A stretch of 63,616 nucleotides of DNA, counting the filler, from Octopus bimaculoides (lineage: Eukaryota): assembly GCF_001194135.2 (NCBI RefSeq). It is 8 parts of 8 records of this genome, joined end to end, with 100 filler letters (N's around TTAATTAATTAA, not from the genome) between each part and the next. Parts side by side here need not be neighbours in the genome. Positions count along the whole stretch, not along the records: positions 1 to 21,646 come from NC_068991.1; 7 more parts are not named here. The stretch is one strand, 5' to 3'. This document shows, one piece after another, positions 1 to 12,708 of the stretch (within the stretch, counting starts at the first letter, position 1; each line of letters opens with the position of its first letter). Below the pieces are notes generated by a model. The model did not search any database, was not told the DNA's origin, and saw only the letters and a program-made list of their open reading frames with translations. The translations under genes and the position numbers were made by a program.

Positions 1-144
1 AAAAATATCGCTATCAATCTAGAGTAATAATTTGTAGTTTACCTATATAAACAAACGTTCTAACGGTCACTGACCATGTAACATCTTTGATCGTAAGTTA
101 CCTCATCATTTCGTATTTGTCTTGCTCTTATGTGTTTATTTATG

Positions 145-235
145 AATTCCCTGAAGAGGAATATATGAGGAATCCCAGCAGCTCTTACTTCTTTGTGAAG
201 GAGCTCTCATATATTTTGAAACATGTGTATGAATT
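145..235 (+). ncRNA. Type I hammerhead ribozyme motif, Penelope-like-element associated
   Basis: Core CTGAAGA at 151-157. Stem II is GGAATATATGAG (158-169) with CTCATATATTTT (206-217), 12 bp including 2 G-U, extended by AGCTC/GAGCT and CTTC/GAAG. GAAA at 218-221, short stem III AC..GT, cleavage triplet GTA (227-229). Stem I is AATTCC/TGAATT with one mismatch. Confidence 0.7.
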
Positions 236-264
236 AAAGGAACATTTATTTATATGCGTTTTGC

Positions 265-446
<182 letters not shown>

Positions 447-535
447 TGAGTGAGAGAGCGGTACATGCCATCAAAGTGATACAAAGCTCAGTTTAGCCAT
501 CATGACTACCCGTCTGATAAGGGCATACCAGGCAC

Positions 536-1063
536 ATGCATCACAACCATGTCGCACAACATTGCTTCTATCATTACATGCTACAACAAGCGCAAACACG
601 CATCCGCACAACCTCCAACCCAACCTGTAGCTACCCAAACCCTACCAGCTGCCATCTAGGAGGACTCTGTCACTCAAGAACTGTAGTCTACATAACCACA
701 CTCACATCACCCGATAGCATCAGAATGCACGACATGAGCATGACGGCCAATGGCCTCAAGAGAGGTACACACAACATATGCTTTCTTTTAGATGCAAGGA
801 TAGAGAATTCCAGCTCTTTGTCTCGTTTCTTCTGGAGACTTCGTGGCCTCCGGAATGAAATCCCCAACATCGAATGGGTCCCACCTTACTTGCCCGACAC
901 CCGTAATTTCCCGTTCTGCCTCTGTGAAAGACTGCATATTCTTTACAATCCTGCAGTATCTGTCAACAAGAAATATGAACTATCTTATTGCTGCCATCAG
1001 AGGTACCTCTTCCTAGTAAACTTCAAACCACTGGCCGCCAACAACTCAAATATATCATCTTAA
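536..1063 (+). mobile_element. Penelope-like element, decayed GIY-YIG endonuclease
   Basis: Translation CSYPNPTSCHLGGLCHSRTVVY...SLSRFFWRL...FCLCERLHILY...NKKYEL matches the PLE GIY-YIG pattern CxC..CPL.G.C....VVY...LS..IW.L...C.LC..EK..I; catalytic GIY/YIG is degraded. Confidence 0.85.
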
Positions 1064-2034
1064 CATTAACTGCACTTCTGTACTGATTACTCAACAACCA
1101 GGGACAAAGTTCCAAACCAGCGATGCCTATGTGGACCACAGGCTGACTTTCCAACCTTGTGCATTACCTGTAACCCCACCATATCTGTCTCCAAGATATA
1201 TGTGTGCACAAACACATACATCTTTGTAGGCATACATCTACACACATACATACACGCTTGCTTTTCTTCTCTTTCTTCCCCACTTAACACAACCAAACCT
1301 CTTTCCCCTTTAACACCGCCAAGCCTCAATCCAGCACCAAATTCTCCCACCTCCACCCTCAGCAATGCTCTTGCAACCACACTGGCATACATCTATCATG
1401 CTCACCAAAAACATAAATATATATATATGCACACGCGCACACCAGATGAAAGCACACGCACAAACGTATACATGTTCTTCAGACAAACACTCACGCATTC
1501 ATACGTACACATAAATACAGGAATGTACATACTCACATTCTCCAATCGTCCATACAAACACACATCCATACATACATTCTGAATATGTACACGCATACAC
1601 GCGTACACAACAGGCACTAACACACACGTATTCGCGCACGCACACACACATACACACACACGTATAGACACACACACATGCATGCACATCCTTAAAACTA
1701 ATACATACGCAGCTGATATACACGCGAGTACACACACACATGGCTGAAACTTATTTGCACCTATACGTACACACAACCTAGAAAAGACGCACATACGCAC
1801 TAACGAGCTGATGACATCATCTCTCACCCACACGCCAGCTAACACAGAGGTGCAACTTCCACACACATGCATAACAGATACACACGTATAGGCACCAGGC
1901 ACCCACACTTACGTACTTATACATCTGGTATACACTCACATCCTCGCCTGCCTCGCTTGCAAGTCCCTTCAAAGATTGGCCAGAGAGCAAGCTCCGAGGG
2001 TGGGCACTTGTTATTTTTGTGCGATTATTACTAA

Positions 2035-2500
2035 CTTTGGCATCGTGTGCATTGAATAGTTTGTGATATGTTTGGTAGATTAGGAAATGTATGACGGTTC
2101 GTATTAGGAATGTTTTACATTTGACTGAAATTACCGTTCCTCCTTTTAGTTTTCTTTGATTTATAGTTCGTTTTCGGGACTTTGAGAACGTATTGTAATT
2201 TATGTTGCTGTTTTTAGGAATTCATTATTGAATGGTCCTGACTGATGGATTTATTATTTTGCTGGATGATATTGTGGAGATTGTCCGGGGTTTATGTTGT
2301 TGATCCAGTCTTTAATCGTTGAAAGTAGGTGGTTGGAATATCTGTTTATATATAGGAGCACTTCATTCGGTTTTCTACAAGGTTTATGTTTTTAGAGGTT
2401 ATTTTAGAGCTATGTCTAGGGAACATTATTAGATTAGGGAGGTTATTTTGAGGCTGAACTCTTTTATGACATTTATTATTTTTGCTAAATGCATCTAATT
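2035..2500 (-). mobile_element. Penelope-like element, decayed RT thumb/linker fragment
   Basis: Minus translation gives ..FSLKIT.. and RKPNEVLLYINRYSNH (PLE YRKPN..LYIN..SNHP motif), with stops and frameshifts. Confidence 0.65.
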
Positions 2501-3288
2501 TGTGTCCTTCCGTGACATAGAGAATTATTAGGCTAACGTCTACCTCTAGATTGGTTGGATATATTGATATATTGCTCAGATTTCTTGACAGAACAACAGT
2601 CTATGAATAACTTAATGAGCAGGTAGCTGCAGACAATGAATAAGTGATAAGCAAATAGACTGTTGTAGCCGAACGGGACAAAGCTTAGGAAAACAAGGTG
2701 CTGTTATGCAATCGAAAATCAGAAACAGAACTGCTGCATTATGCAATATGAAAGGACGTAGAGAAAAGCAAATTTAGGGACGCCGTTTATGAAGTAAAGA
2801 TAGGTAAATAAAGTGACGCTGATCGTGAAAAAGGGAGACAATGAATTGGCAAATGAAGCGACACACAACGCTTTAACGAAAAAAATAGCAACAACGTCAA
2901 AAACAAGTCAATAAAAATGATAGATATAGACAAAGAAATGAATTTGCTCCAATGTATTCAAGGCGACCTGAAAAAACCCCAAACATTTTTCTGTTGATAC
3001 TCTATATCATGTGTTGAATATTCTCTACCACTTTCGTTCATATGCATGTATATGTATATATGTATATGTGTATATGTATATACATATTTATATGCATGTG
3101 TGTGTGTGTGTGTAGATGTGTAGTATTTCTTTCAGCGCAGTATAGCCGAATTAATCAATCAATGTATGTATGTATGTATGTATGTATGTATGTATGTATG
3201 TATGCATGCATGCATGTATGTATGTATGTATGTATGTATGTATGTATGTATGTATGTATCTACACGCACATACACACACGCATACCTG

Positions 3289-3319
<31 letters not shown>

Positions 3320-3324
3320 GCACA

Positions 3325-3620
3325 TACAGTGTAGGCGCTGTATAACCAAACATTTAAGAAATCCAAATCACAGCAAAAAGGTCTGGGTTCGATCCCACTG
3401 GGTGGTATCTTCTTAGCAACCACTATTTGCAACGGCTTAGGGTCAACCCATTTTGAATGAAATTGGGTCGATGAAAACAGAATAAAAGCCCTTCGGTTCC
3501 AGTGTGTCTGTAATTCAAATGGGACGGCCTTGCCAAACATACTGAGTCACACTGATTCTACTTCAGAATTATGTTATGGGTACACGTGTCTGTGGAATGC
3601 TCAACCACTTACGTGCTATT
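3325..3620 (+). mobile_element. tRNA-derived SINE, diverged
   Basis: B-box GGTTCGATCCC near 3386; the 3' part resembles the tail of the SINEs at 31440-31610 and 35690-35860. Confidence 0.6.
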
Positions 3621-3686
3621 TTAGGAGTAGATAATTCTGTTGATCAAACAACTGATTCTTCGTCTCCAAATTGCGGAAGCTTACAA

Positions 3687-3732
<46 letters not shown>

Positions 3733-4009
3733 TGTACGTGTGCATATGTATGCATATGTATATTTTACGAAGTGATATGTGTATATTTGCATGTACGAAA
3801 CCAAGCCTATGTACAATTGCCCATGCGTATTCATGTACCCATGCGCACTAATACACACCCACAAATACACACATACACACATGCTGACACACAAACACAC
3901 ACGCATACACACAAGTACACTCATACACACTTACACATACACACACATACACGCTAATATCTTTTGAATGCCAGCCAAATAAGAAGCTATTTTCTTTTTC
4001 TCAATGATT

Positions 4010-5050
4010 TTGCAGATACAGATCAATGGTTTTTCGCTGCTTGCAGAATATCCTCTTGCCATATTCTTGGCAGCACTGATAATCGAATCTAATGTTGACT
4101 CCCATCCAGAACCAAATGTGGCCGTTGGCTATTTCACGGGTTGATTTTTACCTTAATGCCTACGAATTCTTATCTTTTGTATTTCTTACAATTGTTGTTT
4201 TTTTTCCTTTTAGCAGTTTGCATCAATCCGATCTACTTTTTATCTGATATCGAATCCATGTACCACCAGCTGAAAGATTCAGGTTCTTGGATCTGAGGGT
4301 AAACTAATCGCCATTATCTTCAGATATCTTGACGATATATAAAATCTACAGATAAGATTTTTTTCCCTTTGTGTTTGCTTTTTACAATAATGGTGGTATA
4401 GACCAACACAAATGTAAAATAGGTTGGGATGGAATGCTTTGAGATTTAGGATTAGTTGATCAGGATTGATCTGAGATTAAAAAAAACAACAATATAGACA
4501 AAGAAAAATTTGCATTTGAGCATAAAAAAGATTTATAAGTAGTACCCTTACAAATAAAATCCACCAAATACACTGTCCGGTCTACCTTCATATCCATATT
4601 TCTCACATGAAATAAATCCTCTTAAATTCTTCTCCACACCACTCATTTGACCTCTACGTGCACACAGTCGTAAAGTTCGACAACTTCCGATCACTTCAAT
4701 CTAAAAAGGCAGCCTGTTTTGACATTGTCTCGTATTTTATCCTCTAACAGTTCACTTCTACATGTAGCACCTATGCTTGACACGCTGTTAAGTCTTCACG
4801 GAGAAATAACTGAATCTAGGAAAACAAACTAGAGTATACCCATTACAAAGAAAGAAATGTCTTTCAAGCCTAGCAACTATCGCTGCATGATATTCAATGG
4901 CAACATCTTAAAGATGGTGGAAACGAGTGCAGACAACCAACTCTTGTATCGCTTTGAATTTCTTTAATTTTACATTGATTGTTTGTATGAGTTTTGGAGA
5001 GTCAAATCTGCTGGTGACTTGTTCTTTTACGTCAACAGCGGTTGTCTTTG
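4010..5050 (+). mobile_element. CR1/L2-type LINE ORF2 remnant
   Basis: RVYPITKKEMSFKPSNYR...KMVETSADNQLL...FWRVKSAGDL resembles the RT domain 1-2 pattern WK.A.V.PI.KKG....SNYRPISL...K.ME..I..QL...GFR...ST.D; upstream QWF and QFAS motifs; heavily decayed. Confidence 0.55.
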
Positions 5051-5099
5051 ACCAAAAATATCGTAAAAAGAACCATTTCTGTCTGATGTGAAAAATATC

Positions 5100-5258
5100 T
5101 GGGTGTGTGGTAAGAAGTTTGCTTCTCAACCAAATGGTTCTGGGTTCAGTCCCACTGTGTGGTACCTTCTATAAGTATCTTTTACTATAGCCTCGGGCTG
5201 ACCAAAGCCTTGTGAGTGGATTTGGTTGTCGGAAACTGAAAGAAACCTGTCGTATATA
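5100..5258 (+). mobile_element. SINE (family B) 5' half, interrupted by a maT transposon
   Basis: GGTTCAGTCCCA head and GGAAACTGAAAGAA..CGTATATA segment as in the intact copies at 21310-21620, 33245-33615 and 48225-48645. Confidence 0.85.
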
Positions 5259-6322
5259 CAGGGTGGGGCATAAATACTGTTACAAAATAAAACACAGATT
5301 TATCCCGACAAAAATTTATTTANNNNNNNNNNCAAGAGCGTTAAGATCAGGTGATGAGGGAGGCCATTCTTCTTTGCTGATCCAGGACGGACAGTTGTCT
5401 CTTCACCACTGTTGTGTTAATCGAGACGTGTGGCTCGTCGCCCCATCTTGTTGGAAAGTCCAAACTTTATTACCGTACACCGAATTGCACCATGGTATCA
5501 ACGCGCCTTCCAGAATGTCCTCAATGTACTGTTCTTTGTTTATCTTGATTCCTTGAGGGACAAAAACAAGTGGAGTTTTCCCGCTTTCAGAAATGGCTGC
5601 CCAGACCATCACTGATGCTGGTTTTTGGGTTCTGAAAACCTTTCCTGCATTACCAGGTATTGCCTCAATACTTTCAGCAAGGATTCAGTCATTTTGATGA
5701 TTGTGAGACTGTTGAACTGAGAATAACTTTTCATCACTAAAGATGATGTTACAGAGCGTGCCGTCTTTAATATGGTTCAACAAGAGTCTGCTTCTGCTGA
5801 GTCTCTTTTCAATGTGGGCGTGGAGAGAAGCTGTCTCTTTTGGAGTTTATAGGGTGACAACTTTAGGTCACTTTTGCACATCCTCCGCATAGTCCTTGGC
5901 GATGTTTGTGCTTCTTTTGCCATTCTCCTCATGGATCTTGGATTTCGTCTGATTTTTTTCCCTAACATTTTTGATGAGTTTAAGTGTTCTGGAGGTGCGG
6001 GGACGGCCTGATCTTTGTCTATCTTTGGTCGAAGAAGTTTCCTGGTAACGATCAATCGTCCTTTTTATCAACATTCTGTTAATTTTGAGGTTTTTCTCTA
6101 ACTTGAATATTTCAGGTGGACGCACGCCCTTCTCATGTTGTTCTATGATGAGTTTTCTCTTCCATTCAACAGACATTGCAACAAAATTTTAATATTTAGT
6201 TTCTGAAATACAAGAAAACATAAAAAACTATCATTTAACTCAAATAAATCATTAGAATTCTTTGAATATTATTATGAAAAATAGTTTTGAACTTTTGTAA
6301 CAATATTTATGCCCCCACCCTG
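5259..6322 (-). mobile_element. Tc1/mariner transposon, DD37D (maT) family, defective
   Basis: TIRs CAGGGTGGGGCATAAATACTGTTACAAAA (5259) and TTTTGTAACAATATTTATGCCCCCACCCTG (ends 6322), flanked by TA. Transposase starts at 6176 and has GRPR, IIFSDEKLF, MVWAAIS, FQQDGATSH and WPPSSPDLNAL; 37 residues separate the second D from the expected third D, whose codon is cut by the gap. Frameshift, an in-frame TGA and an N gap are present. Confidence 0.93.
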
Positions 6323-6353
<31 letters not shown>

Positions 6354-6525
6354 TTGTCTCCAGCAACCGCCTGACAACCGGTGTTGGTGTGTTTACATTC
6401 TCGTAACTTAGCGGTTCACCAATGAATTCAATAAAATAAGTACCAGGCTTAAAAAAGTATTGGGGTCGATACATTCGACTAAAAATTCTTCAAGGCGGTG
6501 ACTGGAACAAATAAAAGATAAAAGA
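6323..6525 (+). mobile_element. SINE (family B) 3' half
   Basis: GACAACCGGTGTTGGTGTGTTTAC..GTAACTTAGCGGTTC..GGGGTCGAT..CAAGGCGGTG continues the copy interrupted at 5258. Confidence 0.85.
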
Positions 6526-7799
6526 TGAAAGCCAACTACACAGGTAAGTTATCTACCTTCGATCATTATCTTTCTCTCAACTCCTTCGTTGAAATAAAGC
6601 TCTCCTGCTATGTATGCTTTCTCCACATCAGCCTGCTTTGATGTGCCATCTTAGACCAATATTTTATCAACTTTATATCTTCTGCTCTACATTAACAATT
6701 TGACCCATCTACCTACACACTTACACATGCATATGACAACACACTGAACTCAGTTTTCCTTCTGTTTTCATGATCAGAGTCCTTGAAATCATCTTCCAAT
6801 GGAAATTTTCTTGTCTCTTTCCACAGTTCCAACGCAACCACTCCACATTAATGAAGCAATCACACTACAGCCTCCCTATGCAACAAAACTGTTAAACGTT
6901 GCTGTAAAGGCAAGGCCGCGCAACTTTTGATGCTTTCACATGAGATTTGACATATAAAATGTCTAACCTTAGGGAATAATTTTCTGCACCAGAACTACGG
7001 AAATGCATTAGCTGACACTAGTTGCTGATCCTTTAAAAACTTACAGCAAATTCATTGGAATATTGCACTGATATGATATGGATTGCTGCTACACACACAC
7101 ACACACACACACACGTACACATGGATGATAGGCAATAATTCATTCACTAAAATTACGATCTTTAGTCGATAAGTTCTACTTTTTCCCTTCTCTTCTAGAG
7201 CTGCCACAATGTCGTCTGCTTCTCTGTGCAAACAAGACTTGCCTTTTATTTAATGCATCTTCTTTCCATTCTCACATTCTTCCCCTTGCGTNNNNNNNNN
7301 NNNNNNNNNNNNNNNNNNNNNNNNNNNNNNNNNNNNNNNNNNNNNNNNTCACTCTGCAAACCCATGTTCAATATTTTACCCTACCCCTAATCATTACTTC
7401 TTACAAATTCCAATTTTCTGTAATTTCCCTCTTAGTTCTGCGCTTTTTCTTCTTAAATTTACCGCTCATCAAACAGCAGAAATTTAAGCCTAACATTAAA
7501 CTGCACCAACTTCAGTCGTTTGGGTGTGTGGCTGATGTATTGGTGGTGGTAGGTGGCGTAGTGGGGATGGGTTTCTGCGGAGGGGAGGCGGCACAGTGGG
7601 GTGGTAGTTTGAGGTGGTGACTTGGAGGGTTGGTGGTATGAAGCGGTGGTTGAATGAAGGGGTAGTAGCGTGGAAGAGTGGTGATGGAGTAGCAGAGTGG
7701 TGGCAGAGGGGGGCGGTGGAACAGAGGGGTAGTGTCGCAGACGGGTAGTGCCGCAGAGGGGCGGTGGCACAAAGGGGCGATGGCGTGGAGATGGTCGCA

Positions 7800-7945
7800 T
7801 AGTCAGTCTGGTGGTTATATTTTGTCTTATTGAGGCCGAAATGATGAATGGCAAAGTTGATGTCGGCGGGATTTGAACACAGAACGTAAAAGCGGAAGAA
7901 ATACCGCTAAGCATTTTGCCCGACGCGCTAATGATTCTGTCAGAA
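7800..7945 (-). mobile_element. SINE (family A) head
   Basis: Reverse complement of CAGAATCATTAGCGCGTCGGGCAAAATGCTTAGCGGTATTTC..GTTCAAATCCCGCC, matching 13390-13500. Confidence 0.8.
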
Positions 7946-8007
7946 AAAGAAATATCCAAATTTAAATAAGTTGCTCAACATTGATCTGCTGCTGCTGCTA
8001 GTTTGAG

Positions 8008-8042
<35 letters not shown>

Positions 8043-8119
8043 GCTTCTGCTGTTGTTGTTATTCTTTACTGGTTCAGTTGAAATCCTATATCTGTCTGTC
8101 TGTTGGTTTGATTACTTAC

Positions 8120-8355
8120 ATCATGTTCAGTCTTGTTATATCTTGTGGTTGTTTAGCTCCAGCTCCGCCCTGATAGCATTGACTTGTGATCGAAAGCGTT
8201 GTAGTCATCAAAAACAGAAACAGTAGGATGCGAAATAAGGGAGATTTTCTGTCTATTTCTAACATATGAAGCGGGTCACGTTTAAGCTCTGAAGCAGTTA
8301 CAGTGGCAACATTACAAGAATAAATATCTTTCAATCTCCAATCGGTATCTGATTT
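8120..8355 (-). CDS. Probable first coding exon of a secreted or membrane protein (signal-peptide-like N-terminus)
   Basis: Acceptor CTACTTTTTTTTTCTTAAG (AG at 8357-8356) and donor AT|GTAAGT (8119-8114). The frame is open across all 236 bp of non-repetitive sequence. From ATG 8265: MLEIDRKSPLFRILLFLFLMTTTLSITSQCYQGGAGAKQPQDITRLNM, then a phase-2 intron. Family not recognised. Confidence 0.55.
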
Positions 8356-8804
8356 CTTAAGAAAAAAAAAGTAGACTGACACAAGTAAAGCTATTCATTG
8401 CTCCAGGCACCACAACGACACCTGGCGAAAAAATATGGTTAGAAGTGAAATGATAATAAACCAACAACATAATCAAAACAAAACAAATTCACACAATAAA
8501 CAACATATAACATCGCAATGTTACAAAACTGCTCTCTGTTTTGCTGTTTTCCTGAAAAATGTTAACTTGGAAGATGATACGAGTTTATTTAGTTTCAACA
8601 GTTTTTTTTATATGAAAGAAATAGTTCGATAATAAAAAACAAATTAGGTAATTGTGATACAAACTGTTAATTAAAAGTTTTTTTTTTAAAGAAATTTTTT
8701 CCGTGCATACAAATCAGAAATATTTCAAGAGTTTTTCGAAATGCTGAGGTGCGTTTTTATAATTTGCTGTTTTTTCCTCCATATATTATATCTTATTATA
8801 TTCT

Positions 8805-8915
8805 TTTCTACTCTAGGCAAAAGGCCCGAAATTTTTGGGGAGGGGGCTAGTCGATTAGATCGACCCCAGTACGCAACTGATACTTAATTTATCGACTCCG
8901 AAAGAATGAAAGAAT
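8805..8915 (-). mobile_element. SINE (family A) 3' part
   Basis: Reverse complement of GAGTCGATAAATTAAGTA.CAGTTGCGTACTGGGGTCGATCTAATCGAC..AAAATTTCGGGCCTT, as at 25390-25495. Confidence 0.8.
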
Positions 8916-9154
8916 GCTTACGTCCTCGTAACTTAGAGATTCGGCACAAGATACCGATAAAGTACCAAGCTTTAAAATAAGATAAAAAATAATAAGTCCT
9001 GGGGTTGATTCACTTTACTAAAAATTCTTCAAGGCGGTGCCCCAGCATGGACACAATCTAATGTCTGAAACAAGTAAAAGACAAAAGACAAAAGATTTCG
9101 GACCATATTTCTAACAATCCGCACAAATATTTTAGAAGCTAAACAATAATACAG

Positions 9155-9290
9155 GCGTGGCTGAATGATTAAGAAGCTTGCTTCCCTGCCATGTAGCCTT
9201 GAGTTCAGTTCCACATTGGGGCAGCTTTGGCATGTATCATCTGATATAGCCGACCAAAGCCTTGTGAGTAGATGTAAACTGAACATGCCC
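9155..9290 (+). mobile_element. SINE (family B) 5' part
   Basis: GGCGTGGCTG..TAAGAAGCTTGCTTCCC..GAGTTCAGTTCCA..CCGACCAAAGCCTTGTGAGT. Confidence 0.75.
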
Positions 9291-9309
9291 GCCGTGTGTG
9301 TGTGTGTGC

Positions 9310-9340
<31 letters not shown>

Positions 9341-9439
9341 TGTGTGCATGTTTGTATATATATATGTATATATATGCTATATATATATGTATATATATGC
9401 AATGATAACTGCATGGTATGTAGGGTCAACCCTGGCATC

Positions 9440-9750
9440 AACTGGAGGACTAGAAATGTAGTCTACAGCATAAGGTGCATAGAAGGTGTTTGTAAAGACA
9501 TGAACATGACATACATAGAAGAGACATTGAGGAGCATTGTGGAAAGATTAAATAAACATTTGAGACAATATGACGACAAAAATCAGTCCTCCATACTCTA
9601 CCAACATGCCAAGGACCAACAAGGAGGCAACCTTGGACAACTTGACATCCGCATTTTATCCAAGCACCCAAAGAACCCAACCCTCATACAAAGACAGGAG
9701 TAAGTCCTCATAAATAAAACATCCCCGGCACTAAATAGGAAATATACGTA
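9440..9750 (+). mobile_element. Penelope-like GIY-YIG fragment
   Basis: RTRNVVYSIRC...TYIEETLRSIVERLNKH...LYQH follows the GIY-YIG pattern NVVY.I.C....YIGET.R....R...H. Confidence 0.8.
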
Positions 9751-11579
9751 GTAGGTAATCATACACCCATACCCACAGTTTATATTTATATACAGGTAGA
9801 GTAATTAGCCGGCTGTTATGAAGATGTATGTATGTATGTATGTGAGTGTGTGTGTATATGTAAACGTATACGTATATGTATATGTACATGTATGTAGGTA
9901 AATGGATATGAACGCAAACAAATAGGCATACAGACGGTTAGGTACATAGGTAATATGAACAGACAAGCACACATAAACACACACATGCGCAAATGAAGAC
10001 TGAAACACAGGGCCATATACACACACACTTCACTTCACACAAGGACACATATGGAGACACACGTACATACATACAGACACAGTACATAGTCGCAAAAACC
10101 CATACATAGACACACTCAGACATTCACACACAAGGAGACACAGGTACACACACATGCAAACACACACACACATAAAAACATACACAAACACATGAATATG
10201 CAGAATACATACATACAAACATATACACATACATACATATATACATACGCACGCACACACATGCATGCATACACGCACATGCATATATGCATATATACAT
10301 ACATACATACATATGTATGCGCACATACACTGACTTACACACATGCGCACAAACAAACAAACAAAATGAATGCAGCTCGTATAACAGAGTTAACGACTAT
10401 TGAAAAGGTTGCAAGGTGCAACGAAAATCTTAGGAGAAATAAATAAATAAATAAGTGGAAACTTTACCGGTGGGTGTGTTAAATAATAAGGCAGTAAAAG
10501 GGAATGACTCTCCCCAGACAGCAATATATCTCAAATCCAGGGATCGAAGTCTAGGAAGAAAGTAAGCTTCAAGCAATCCGTAGTAAATATGAAAAACAAC
10601 TTTCAGGAAGAATAGTGATTTATTGAGAAGGAAGGTTGTGGATGTTTTTCGTCTCGAAGTACGATGTATGTATGTATGTATGTGAATGTGTTTGTCTCTC
10701 CACCGCCACTTGACAAATAGTGTTGGTTTGTTTACGTCCCGGTAACGTAGTGGTTCGGAAGAAGTGAAGTATGGAATAAGTTCCAAAATTTAAAAAGAAG
10801 TAGTGGGGCGGCAGTCGATTTGTTTGGCTAAATTTTTCAAGGCAGTGCCTAGACATACTCGTCTAATATCTAGCGTCATCTTGTATTTGAACTTGGTTTG
10901 TTATGTTACATAATTAATTGCAGGGAGGCCATTGCTAAAACACATGTAAAGACTTTGGATGAAAAAAGCAAAAAAGAAAAAAAAGAAACAAAAAGAAAAA
11001 AAAAACAATGAACAAAATTAATAAAACTCAGTTGTAGATAACTTAACATCTAGTTTTTTTTACTTGATCGTATCTTATTCACCATTGAGTCCTTCTCGCT
11101 TTTCTTGTAACCTAATCTGCCATTTTGTATAGGGGACCTTCACGGTATTAGTAACGGGACATGAATCTTTAATCAGAGGACACTTTTTAATCAGAGGACA
11201 CTTGGTGCTGTTTCTGAAATGGTATCTCAGCTTTGTAACGTACTGTCGAAGACCATTAGAAATCTGGGTCAAATATTCATGTCCCCACATTGTAATGTAT
11301 CTTATACACCCTCATTAACGCTCTTAATCTCACTTGCATTCTTATTCATATACATCTTTCCATCTCTTAATCTCCACCTCTCCCCCCTCTCTCTCTCTCT
11401 CTCTCAGCCTCTCACTTACCCTCTCTTGTGTTTCTCCATTATCTTTTTTTCTCCATCTGCTCCGCCTCATCCATCGGCACACAATTCCTCTTTGCTTCAC
11501 TTTCCTTGTTGCTTGTCTGAAGAATTTATAATCACAATAGTGATCACTGGCAATGGCTGACTGATATACAATGCTTAAT

Positions 11580-11801
11580 ACTCTTGCCGCCATCTTCGCT
11601 ATTTCATACGATCAATATTTATTTAGTAATAATTATTCAAGTAAAAGCCAGCAATTGATTTTCGGCTCAAGTTTACGCGGTCTGCTTTCACTCACTTAAA
11701 GCAAGCTTCTTTCGGCCGTCCGTTAGTTACATCGTCCGATTTCTACCTCTTTATTCTTTTCTACCTCTTTATTCTTTTCTACCTCTTTATTCTTTTCTAC
11801 C
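11580..11801 (-). promoter_or_regulatory. Possible promoter or first-exon region
   Basis: YY1-type AAGATGGCGGC on minus (11596-11586), local CpG enrichment, donor-like AA|GTGAGT (11695-11690), and an 18-bp unit TTCTACCTCTTTATTCTT repeated about 3 times at 11741-11801. Inference only. Confidence 0.25.
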
Positions 11802-12589
11802 TTCTAACTCATTTAATTTCTTTAAATTTTCGTTTCACTCTCTGTTTCTTAATTCTTTTTTTTTTTATCAACTCCGTATAATTTTTTATTTTATAACCTA
11901 TTTTTCCTTTTAAGTTTTAATTTTTTTTCTTCCCCTCTCCCGCTTTTTTTTTTACAGAGTTACTTTTTCCTATTTTCTTTCCTTACAGAGTTATTTTTCT
12001 TTCTTTCCCTGTTTCTTTTCTTCCACTTTTCTCATATCCTTATTTGTATTTTCTCTTTTCTAAGCAGTTCAATAACTTCTTAGATATTGTATTTTTCTAT
12101 TTGTTTCATTCAATCTTTTCTCTGTTTACTCATACACTACTAAACACACTACTTCGTTTTTATTTCGGCTTTTGTTTCCACTCCTCCCACACCCCCTTCT
12201 GTTCCGTACCGTACCATCTTAGCATTTTCCTTCGTTTCTTTCTTTCTTTCTTTCTTTCTTTCTTTCGCTCTACCCCCTCTCTCCTCTCTCCTCACTCCAC
12301 GTCACTTTATTACTTCCATATTTTTGCCTGATCGCCATTCACACCCACCACCACACCCCGCTACCTAACATGCTTTGTTTAGCTGTACCAGTTCAGCCAT
12401 TCATCTGATCCAAGCTCCACCATTCCACCATTCCACCTTACCACCACGTTCTTAACATCATACAGACATTTCACAATCAATTCCTTTCACCTCATCTCGC
12501 GTTCGTCCTACACCTCCACCATATTTTCTCTATCACTCTGACACCATATTTATTTCTCCACATTCACGTATTACCATCCATTAATACAT

Positions 12590-12708
12590 TTGTTGTTTTG
12601 TTGTTGCTGTTATTGTTGTTGTTGTTGCTTTTCTTCTTCTTCTTCTTCTTCTTCTTCTTCTTCTTCTTCTTCTTCTTCTTCTTCTTCTTCTTCTTCTTCT
12701 TCTTCTTC
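12590..12708. repeat. (TTG)n/(TTC)n microsatellite
   Basis: Directly visible. Confidence 0.97.

Noticed and set aside
1157-1908. Long HT/CV/YI-rich ORFs here and throughout the track
   Set aside because: They are translations of (CA)n/(TG)n/(TA)n tracts or run through N gaps.
4010-4330. Host exons downstream of the 8120 exon
   Set aside because: Better explained as a CR1/L2 ORF2 remnant on plus; the minus-strand candidates contain stops or lack acceptors.
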